64,000 nt of DNA from positions 1 through 64,000 of IMG/VR virus record IMGVR_UViG_3300048924_000100; one strand, written 5' to 3'. Below are positions 58,101-64,000 of this stretch, in pieces. The first letter of the stretch is position 1, and each line of letters begins with the position of its first letter. Under the pieces are notes generated by a model. It did not search any database. It saw only the letters and a list, made by a program, of their open reading frames with translations, and had not been told where the DNA came from. The translations under genes and the position numbers were made by a program.

Positions 58101-60117
58101 CACCACCGAGACTTTTAACAGCGTCAGCAACACCCACCACATTCTTACGGGCCTTTTCAGTCGGCAGGTACGTCGCCTTCTTAATACGGTCCGCATCGCT
58201 ACCTTGTTCGAACTCATTGATGTGGTTATCAGTGATGTCGAAAGCCGCCTTCATGGCACGACGGATCTCAGCAGCAATCTTCGGAGAGACCCCTGCGTGT
58301 TGATCCAGCTTCATGAAGTTCCACGGCGTGAACGCTTCTTCCTTATCGGCGCCCTGAATCAGCTGCATCGACAAGGCACGTTTAGCCTCAGGACTGAGCG
58401 AACCCATACCCATTTGGTCAATCGTGTCAGTAACGTTGTTAGACGCGGTTGCAGCAGCACTGAAGTTGTTACGGTTCAGTACTTGGGTGACAGCGTTGTT
58501 AACCTTCTGGTCGTGCGAGATGAACTTAGCCTTCACGTAGTCATACGACGCAGGCTTGAGCTTATCGTCGCCAGTACGCACCTTTTCCAACGACAGGTGA
58601 ATCTGGCTCAGCCACTGCGGAATGATTTCGTTCAGGGTGCGGTCACTACGACGGCTCCACTGAGTTTGTTCAAAGCTGTCTGCCAAGGTGCGGTTGGTCA
58701 GCGAGTACCGGCTGCCACTGTTAGACCAGGAGTTCTCGTACAGAGTCCCCAAGCCTTTGTTGGCTGCTTTCTTAAGCCCATGGAGAACTTGCCATTCCAT
58801 CTTCGGAATAGGCTTCTCGTTAGGACCCAACGAATCCAGATACTCGTCGTAGTCTTCATGAGCGTTTACGTCCATGCCACCACTGTAGTGGCGTTGCATG
58901 GCGTTGACCAAGCCCGGTGCGTTACCCGTGGCATAAGTCGCAACGTTACCCAGATCCTCCATTCGCTTGTAAGCATCTTCCGCCCACTTCGCAAACTTCG
59001 GATAGTTCTTCTTGAACTTGGCCAGGTACTCACGTGCCTTACCAGACTTCATGAGGCGCGGTAGGTTACTGATGAACAGACCAGCAGCAGCGTTACCCGC
59101 GATGTCACCGAGATTGAGGTTCATACCCTCTGTCATCTCGGAAGCCATGCGCAGAGAGCTTACAACTTCGCCCACGCCCTGAATACTACTGCCCCTGGCA
59201 TCCTTACCGAACTTGTCGTTAATGAACTCACCGATACCGCCGAACTTGCTCTTGACGGTACTGAAGAACTGCGAGCGGATTTCTTTACGGATTGCCTGGC
59301 TGTGAGAGGTCTTCTCGTAGTCCGACATCCTCGAGAATTCACTGATGCTCTTCAGCTCGTTGATAACCCGATGCTGAGCAGCTTCCTGGAACTTGTAGTA
59401 CTTGGCGTTCGTCAGGTACATCCGGGTCATGACGTTCAGCTGCATGGCATCGCTACGAGCTTTCACTCGACGCTGATGATCCAACAACTGTTCCATGAGC
59501 TGGTTGTTACGTGCCAGCGAACGGTTAAGGGTGTTGATACCCCCAATGGTCCGACCGCCAACTTCAGACATCATGTCCATGGTACGGTCAGCGATGGTTT
59601 CCATCGTCGAACGTTCTAGCAGGGAATTAGCTTCACCTGCCTCCATGACCATTCTGATCTCGTCTTCGTTGACGCCTTCCATCTGAGGAGTCTTGTCACC
59701 ACCCCCCTCATAGTCGACCTTTTCCCAGTCCGAAAAGTCATGATCACTGAACTTCATCAGTTGATCGGAGATTTTATTAGGACCCCCTTTACCCAGTTTG
59801 GATCCAGCCCTTTTTGCAAGGTACTGAAGATCCTGCACCGTCTGGTAACTATCCCCCTTAACTTCCTCCATTACCTCCTTACGGCGGCGGTTAAGATCAG
59901 CGACGTTACTGAAGGCCCCGAGCCAAGTATTGGGCAAAGCCATTTTGAGGGTGTTGACCCTGGCGTCTGTGTCACCAATGGTCTTGCCGACGACCCCCGA
60001 TAGGAAGCCTGTAGCAAAGCTTCTGATAAAACCTGCTTTGGGTTTATCAAAATCGTCGTCAAAGTCTAGATCGCCACCGAAGGGATCATCGTCCCACGAA
60101 TCAAAATCATCGGCCAT
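52135..60117 (-). CDS. large tail-associated lysin / tape-measure-like protein (phiKZ gp181-like) with GH19 and M15-like peptidase domains
   Basis: 2660 aa; ETGGF..ENMNY, GDGWKYRGRGLVQLTG (GH19); SKHAKGLALDF...GGHVHVGF (Zn peptidase M15-like). Confidence 0.85.
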   Translation of the reverse strand: MADDFDSWDDDPFGGDLDFDDDFDKPKAGFIRSFATGFLSGVVGKTIGDTDARVNTLKMALPNTWLGAFSNVADLNRRRKEVMEEVKGDSYQTVQDLQYLAKRAGSKLGKGGPNKISDQLMKFSDHDFSDWEKVDYEGGGDKTPQMEGVNEDEIRMVMEAGEANSLLERSTMETIADRTMDMMSEVGGRTIGGINTLNRSLARNNQLMEQLLDHQRRVKARSDAMQLNVMTRMYLTNAKYYKFQEAAQHRVINELKSISEFSRMSDYEKTSHSQAIRKEIRSQFFSTVKSKFGGIGEFINDKFGKDARGSSIQGVGEVVSSLRMASEMTEGMNLNLGDIAGNAAAGLFISNLPRLMKSGKAREYLAKFKKNYPKFAKWAEDAYKRMEDLGNVATYATGNAPGLVNAMQRHYSGGMDVNAHEDYDEYLDSLGPNEKPIPKMEWQVLHGLKKAANKGLGTLYENSWSNSGSRYSLTNRTLADSFEQTQWSRRSDRTLNEIIPQWLSQIHLSLEKVRTGDDKLKPASYDYVKAKFISHDQKVNNAVTQVLNRNNFSAAATASNNVTDTIDQMGMGSLSPEAKRALSMQLIQGADKEEAFTPWNFMKLDQHAGVSPKIAAEIRRAMKAAFDITDNHINEFEQGSDADRIKKATYLPTEKARKNVVGVADAVKSLGGVVPDITNQLDILKGTGSYDALKEAGLVTTDEYGRDDINMEMLWDHLAKFIADPSRKTREPIPDRAPLPTRSGSFGGMPYNVPQFGGRTSVIPDQEHADGIKVQGMDKLTESLASMGDLKNSIASFGPGHPLGQLLDLTPLNAGMDTLNEQVKRLVEMGGERNDLLTRILNNQPGGKGGGGISGSSETERDVAAGKRSIIDRLKSTNLKGMFNKGVDKLLDNQPLVLGGLLGGLATYAFHDPKAAALLGGGAAVALAYSKFHSMTKAREALDTEDLYEEGSDVPILEANKLANRNYYDATKGFLITSWKQISGSVKDMSTDTIIGARRLAAKLFTKENKEVLLSGLNKIRDFAIKAFKWVDPFGRAAGLKDRIVNRFHQMDVYREGESSPVLVGKRFGKGEYWKRGEGGEAVELTGWHEIDGPVFDKDGEIIVTQEDYDRGLKTSMGMSINKLGDAGKKFGALTLDLFNKAKAKAIPGMVKAKDATMKALKADYSPIVNAVDRIYHLLMRHWNYAEEMPSSPYTPESEEHVNMPITDVKPPKLKVKLKSSAYKTSAAQQGLVSPEELERREAEDGTPKVGGFMGDLKEGINQRLREHLGEQPNENNRLNSRADKLEKAKEKKSEDAQDALIKMSQGMGFFGGGDKKSKEKGQGIFGLLKDGLGAIAGGIFGLTKFFTGSWLNSFKMLGSFAKVGMKTLPFIATGIGAIAKGMISFMRHGSVTGAGTDALDHMRGKKRTKGERAKQLAGRKAPKGRMLKGGLKLGAGMAVGMGVDALVDTGFIDEGGALEKVGDTVETAANVVGAYQLAAGAASMVGIDIGVGAMTAAAAPLLAGAWGAIAPLLFNPYVLGALAVGAVGYGIYRYVTRGSGKQFELRMTQYGVSDSDSDLAEKILQIEDKLKDFVVIGNGRASLSKDAPLQEILQSFITDRNSKQQLGSVFSWFNGRFKPVYLTYMACLDVVKMKSLKDYDDAKTQDVYKVAKQVHQTLGSVMPFPYSIVAKIDPDTPILGEKATVVRCNNLLEELKKYIDRKTDGVDDNAAVQMPQSVDSLKKEQATLQAQVNAPRGFFDSSDKMQSVQRAENRLNEVNSQLAQLNNSYKVSPVASAVFIKDLLPDNRPVDMLTGIRLACYGNDQDLTWRVEAVLKLERYCESLMVVAEGGAQFKGQVGDIFGLFKDSFRVDSGDADNWCKWFKDRFMPVLINYFNLMQNYRRGNPGVVWRTLSVTARYEIAKGLVETKVEVSKSLLVPIWVVRAAPFKDAVSPDKPDRVDRMLTTLGEASTTAKLKDPEKEAGKTNAQAWATEISPHKTGGDFTSKQANVQDASQARNSRDIGLGGQFGTGTSTGSGTGNTYGLGGVYQTPGNSYGYAPLTGDSDTSHLDLSGVQSADGKDNGVKVPKTLAEQLIMREMMKQGFTDPRAIAEMLALTNYETGGFGRTVENMNYTSPENLMKTFREVTSLAQARALIAAGPVAIANTVYGGGKGQSLGNIAPGDGWKYRGRGLVQLTGRAQYARIGQQLGIDLVNNPELASNDPNVMAAIAVNFYKNSKLLQSITQDGNFGRSATGLNGGNELPGMPKRFQLYTDYLKQLQGGQLKADDASAQGTNAAPTQGAGGMYGGGPTIGGGNTPAIGVAPGGGSRNAQGAASGGGSYGTPPSLMAPGGGGGDYSGAPTNGGGEGGSLVGGGTGINSSGLRLKSGEAIAGGNAHPGITRLAQLIQSQVPNFRYFSALNDAYHQRAKPQSKHAKGLALDFTLTNGPSGASQAMGIVAGILQTANLGPSDFLLINEYAKASAGATGGHVHVGFKSQEAADKFAQASGAGQSAGQDTTAGGMVTAKDQQYDPGQMPSTPPDTSTMPTPAMRNNDPAGGEGGVAPGAGAGAIPGPYTSLPLPGQRGGSTANPAGPVAGPGAVPQPNGQLAPEGYKPVPRQQLSAEEKPADPNGLMEKLTTTTAEGVSKQQDTNALLAGIHGFLEKMSKNSEPAPNSVNI

Positions 60118-60144
60118 CTTTAACTCCTAAGGGATAATTTTTAA

Positions 60145-61761
60145 ATGAAACCCACAAACCTAACGTTGCTGGACTTTAACAAAATCGGACCGCCTGTGTT
60201 TAAGCCGGTAACGTCCACTGACGCGTTTGAAGGCATGACCCAAAACCTCAATGATGAGGGTCTGTATTCGCTGGAAATCTTTGGCAAGCTGGGTAGCAAA
60301 GAGCGCGACGAAACCGAAGCGTACATTGACACCAAATTAGAAATTTTCAACCCAACTTACTTTAAAGCGATGATTCAAACAAAGTCGCTTTACCTCGGAA
60401 TTCTCAAAGGCACGGAATATGCAGTCTGGGACCCACAGGCCAAAGATTTCATAAAATCCAACCTGCTGGAAGGCGAGACAGGTTTCAGTTTCTTTGCGAG
60501 TCATTTCAAGGAACTGACCCCTGGGTTAACCGAGAGTTACAAGCGTAAACAAAAGGTTGAGTTGGTTAACCGTTTCAAGCCAATTGCCTTGGCCGCTAAG
60601 GTCCTTGTTCCGCCGGCTGGTTTGCGAGACATCGAGTTCCAACCCGACGGTACGGTAGTAGAGCCAGAGATTACCGACTTCTACCGCAAGCTGTTGTTCC
60701 GCACTCGTGTGGTGTCGCTCGGTAGTAAAGAGGATGGGGATAACCCGCTGTACGATACTGTGCGCTGGGGTCTTCAAAGTTCCTACAACGACATCGACCA
60801 ATACATCTTTGATCTCATGGATGGCAAGTCGGGTCTGTTTCAACGTCGGGTCTCTACGCGTGGCGTGGTATCCGGCACACGTAACGTTATTACCGCACGT
60901 AAGGTCTCCAGAGAGCATTTGCACAGAGGGAACGGGGTAAGCCCCAACTCGGTGGACATGGGTCTCTATCAGGCGCTGCTGAACTTCCAGTACGTCTGCA
61001 TTCACGCTTTGCTCACCAAGTACCTGGGCACCATCTTCAGCCCGGGATCCCAAAACGTCAAATTGGTCAATACCAAGACACTGGAGTATGAATATGTTGA
61101 GGTCTCAGCAGCCGTTGTCGAAAAGTGGTCAACCGCAACAGGTATCTCCAAACTCTTCAACGGTTTCGGAAATGCTCGCCTCAGATCAAAACCCATCATC
61201 CTTTCTGGGCACTATCTGGCGCTGGTGTACGACGACGGTAGCGATGTTTGTGTCCTGAGTGACATCAACGACCTGCCTGCCGGTAAAGACCGTAAGCTGG
61301 TAACGCCGATCACTTACATGCAACTCTATTACCTCTCCTGCCACAAGGTTATTGGCGACCAGGTCTCTCAGCAGACTCGTTACCCAGTAATCGGTATCGG
61401 TTCGATCTTCCCTGCCAAGGTTAACCTCTTGAGTATTGAAGGCGCCAAGCCGCGTACCATTCGTGACACTGAGTGGGAAGTGCTGGAAGAGTGCATGCGT
61501 TATCCGCACAACCTGGAGAAGCCGGACTACTTCGACGCCATGTCGGTGGACCCTTCTCGTGAAGCGGGTTTGGACTCTGACCACGACGGTGACATGCTCA
61601 ACAGTAACAGCGTCTGTGCCGAAGACAGTAAGGCTCAAGTGAACGACCTTTTCGGCAAACGCGAATACTACATCAGTGGCAGCGGTCGGTTCCTCTACGA
61701 CCCTGTGAACGAACCCATCTTGTTTATGCTTAAAGCCGCCACAAGCGGTATGGAGGAATAA
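60145..61761 (+). CDS. virion RNA polymerase beta' subunit (phiKZ gp180-like)
   Basis: EGLYSLEIFG, VPPAGLRD, GKSG..Q...S.R...GTRNVIT, RYP, catalytic DSDHDGD. Confidence 0.9.
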   Translation: MKPTNLTLLDFNKIGPPVFKPVTSTDAFEGMTQNLNDEGLYSLEIFGKLGSKERDETEAYIDTKLEIFNPTYFKAMIQTKSLYLGILKGTEYAVWDPQAKDFIKSNLLEGETGFSFFASHFKELTPGLTESYKRKQKVELVNRFKPIALAAKVLVPPAGLRDIEFQPDGTVVEPEITDFYRKLLFRTRVVSLGSKEDGDNPLYDTVRWGLQSSYNDIDQYIFDLMDGKSGLFQRRVSTRGVVSGTRNVITARKVSREHLHRGNGVSPNSVDMGLYQALLNFQYVCIHALLTKYLGTIFSPGSQNVKLVNTKTLEYEYVEVSAAVVEKWSTATGISKLFNGFGNARLRSKPIILSGHYLALVYDDGSDVCVLSDINDLPAGKDRKLVTPITYMQLYYLSCHKVIGDQVSQQTRYPVIGIGSIFPAKVNLLSIEGAKPRTIRDTEWEVLEECMRYPHNLEKPDYFDAMSVDPSREAGLDSDHDGDMLNSNSVCAEDSKAQVNDLFGKREYYISGSGRFLYDPVNEPILFMLKAATSGMEE

Positions 61762-61765
61762 AGGT

Positions 61766-64000
61766 ATGAATCTCCCACCGGCGATTACACTCAGTCCCCT
61801 GGACGCCGTAACCGGGGACGAGGCGCTGTATCCACAGTTTTACCGCGCCTTTGTACAGCGTAAGCGTCAAGAGTTGATCGCCCCTGTCTTTATCGGGATT
61901 GGCGAGATTATCTTGCCACGTGCCTCGCTCGTCCACTTCTTTCCTAACAACCCACAAGAGATTGGTCCGTCTATCTCTGAAGCCTTTATCAGCAACTACC
62001 CCGATGAGGTCTTTGTTGAGTTCCCGGCTAAATACACCCCGGTGATTGGTAGCGGTCGTGCTGTGGCGATCAATGCTCGTCAAGTCATCCAGGGTTATCG
62101 TGGGTCGCACTACAAGTACAACTGGACCAAAGACATTGGCACTGTCTACAACAAGGAGAAGGTACTGGTCGTTAAGAGCTACGGTCTTGCCGATATGCTC
62201 TGGCATCCACGTGCTTCCTTGTTCATCAACTTCGAGCGGTATTACAACCACTTCAACCTGTTGATGGAAGGTGCCAACGAGGAAGCGGTTAAGGGGCGAC
62301 GCAAGCAGTTCTTCCGTATTGACCTGCCGTTGCACCTGCCATCCTTTTCCGACCTGATGATCGATTATGATCACTACGTCGAAAGTTTCCGTGATGGGTT
62401 GCCGCTGCCTAGCAACAAGACTGTACGGACCACCAAGCAGGAGAGTTCTTACTGGTTGATGGACTGGATGGCATTCTTGTTCGGTGACTATCAATACAGC
62501 CTGCTTAACAAACTGTCCGATAAGGCGATCGAAGATTTCCACCTGATCTTCGTGTTTAACAGCCGCGCGCTCGTTATCCACCTGGGTACACTGAAAGGGT
62601 GGCTGGATGCAGAACTCGATAAGAACGTAGCTATCAAGGAAGAGAAGCTGCCAAAGAGTGATCGAGAAAAACACGGTAAGCGCCTTAACGCGTCTAAGCG
62701 TGTCTACCTAGCACTGCTTAACCTTACACGTGGTGGTGTCACGGAAGAGGAAGTGGTTAAAGAGGAAGAGTCTAATGAACGAGAAGGAGAAAAAGCCGAG
62801 AAGGCTGAGCGTCTGGCTGCAGAAGAGAAGGGAGCTTCGAAAGGGCAAGGCAAAGCATCCGGTGGATCCGGAGAAGGAACGCTTCCTCGCAAAAATGACG
62901 GTGGGCGAACTGCTAGTCATCCTGACCCTCTCCGTGATGCTTTCGGTGGCAGTCAAGAAGCTGACGACGGAGTTCCTGAAGGGACACGACAAGAGGGAGA
63001 CGGAACAGATCTTGCGAGCACTGAAGAGTGGACATCACACGTAGACGACCGACTGCTCGAACAAGAGAAGGTTGTCGCCGAAACGTCCGTCAAGAAAGAT
63101 CCGTTTCCCAAGTTTGAAAGCGGTATCGCTGCTGCTCTGGAAGAGCGTGCTCGTGAAGGCAGCCTGACAGTTGCTGAACAGCAGTTCTTCATGCGCAAGG
63201 GTACTCAGGTTTATCACATCGAAATGGAAAACGGTCAGAGTCTGGCTGAATACATGGAGATCAAGCCTGAGTCCCTGAAAGAGCTTACGAGCGACGCTAA
63301 GATCGAGGGTAACTTCCCCACGATCCTGGATCAATCGATGCTCCAGAGCCGCGCCAAGGTCTTGAAGCAGGGGTACGTGGATAAGTTCTTGCTCAAAGAC
63401 ATGGCACAGATGGCAGTGGCGATTCAGAACGCTGGTTTCGCCCTTAACGACTACAAGCATGAGGTTGTTGAAGGCGTTGAAGGTGCTTACGACGTCATCA
63501 CCATTCAGGTTCACCCGGTTGATGGCGAACAGTCGACTCACCCGATCCGTTTCCCACGGGTCAGTAACGACGATGCTTCCTTTACCGTCGATGGTGTGAA
63601 GTCTCACCTGCAACTGCAACGCATGGAGTTACCGATTCGCAAGATCGATTCGGGCACCGTGCTGTTGACCAGTCACTATGACCGCCAGTTGATGGTGACT
63701 CGTAGCAAGAAGGTGGTTGATGACTTGGGCGTGTGGCTGAAGAAGCAGATCCTGCTCCGTGCTATGGCTAATAAGGACATTACGCTGAGTCGTGGTAACG
63801 GTCGTAACCGTGACTACACAGGTCCGCGTATCTACACCATCCTGGCCAGTCGCTTTCAGTGGATCAATGTGGGCGGCTACATGCTGGACTTCCGCATCGA
63901 GAAGCTGTTGGAAGATCACCCTGAGTTCAAGAAGTTCACCAAGCCGGATATGTTCCTGGTGGGCGTCAAGGACAAGAAGCCAATCACGATCGACAGCTAC
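61766..64000 (+). CDS. virion RNA polymerase beta subunit, N-terminal fragment (phiKZ gp178-like), 3'-truncated
   Basis: Appears open from ATG 61766 to the window end (start and end segments translated in the same frame); FTVDGVKSHLQLQRMELPIRKI...LTSHY resembles the RpoB block. Confidence 0.85.
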   Translation, partial: MNLPPAITLSPLDAVTGDEALYPQFYRAFVQRKRQELIAPVFIGIGEIILPRASLVHFFPNNPQEIGPSISEAFISNYPDEVFVEFPAKYTPVIGSGRAVAINARQVIQGYRGSHYKYNWTKDIGTVYNKEKVLVVKSYGLADMLWHPRASLFINFERYYNHFNLLMEGANEEAVKGRRKQFFRIDLPLHLPSFSDLMIDYDHYVESFRDGLPLPSNKTVRTTKQESSYWLMDWMAFLFGDYQYSLLNKLSDKAIEDFHLIFVFNSRALVIHLGTLKGWLDAELDKNVAIKEEKLPKSDREKHGKRLNASKRVYLALLNLTRGGVTEEEVVKEEESNEREGEKAEKAERLAAEEKGASKGQGKASGGSGEGTLPRKNDGGRTASHPDPLRDAFGGSQEADDGVPEGTRQEGDGTDLASTEEWTSHVDDRLLEQEKVVAETSVKKDPFPKFESGIAAALEERAREGSLTVAEQQFFMRKGTQVYHIEMENGQSLAEYMEIKPESLKELTSDAKIEGNFPTILDQSMLQSRAKVLKQGYVDKFLLKDMAQMAVAIQNAGFALNDYKHEVVEGVEGAYDVITIQVHPVDGEQSTHPIRFPRVSNDDASFTVDGVKSHLQLQRMELPIRKIDSGTVLLTSHYDRQLMVTRSKKVVDDLGVWLKKQILLRAMANKDITLSRGNGRNRDYTGPRIYTILASRFQWINVGGYMLDFRIEKLLEDHPEFKKFTKPDMFLVGVKDKKPITIDSY

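Noticed and set aside
620-63919. Many long antisense ORFs (e.g. 10450-11436, 24851-25813, 36502-37695, 56431-57711)
   Set aside because: They are shadows of codon-biased sense genes and show no RBS or recognisable motifs.
1-64000. CRISPR array, tRNA or rRNA genes
   Set aside because: No regularly spaced direct repeats or cloverleaf signatures were seen by eye, and intergenic gaps are short. tRNAscan-SE would be needed to exclude tRNAs formally.

Overview
This 64 kb window comes from a phiKZ-related jumbo myovirus genome (Chimalliviridae-like). The GroEL-type chaperonin, class 3 intein helicase and GH19 tail lysin point to the Pseudomonas phage EL/OBP branch; this assignment is from recalled gene content, not a database search. 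Positions 1-19.8 kb and 28.7-32.6 kb are + strand accessory genes, mostly small and hypothetical, several preceded by a phiKZ-type early promoter motif CTA(C/T)ATTA(C/T). They include a GNAT acetyltransferase, a free-standing HNH endonuclease and the chaperonin. Positions 19.8-28.5 kb are a - strand tail-fibre module. Positions 32.6-64 kb hold core genes: head proteins, an SNF2-type helicase with an Ala-initiated class 3 intein, a degenerate RNase H-like protein, UvsX/RecA, three split virion RNA polymerase subunits and a 2660-aa tail protein with GH19 and M15-like lysin domains. The best candidate for a new system is a translationally coupled gene run at 14.7-18.2 kb. It encodes a membrane-anchored protein built from this phage's own tail-fibre repeats, then a protein whose N-terminus copies the EF-Tu G1/P-loop peptide, and then an ART-like protein, which suggests a mimic/decoy locus. 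Other observations are small proteins with an SspB-like 'EVVSLxxFRxKK' N-terminal motif, long intergenic hairpins followed by TTATGGCTG, and a shared V-[TQ]-G-x-E head-protease site. No tRNA, rRNA or CRISPR array was seen. All functional calls come from motif recognition by eye.
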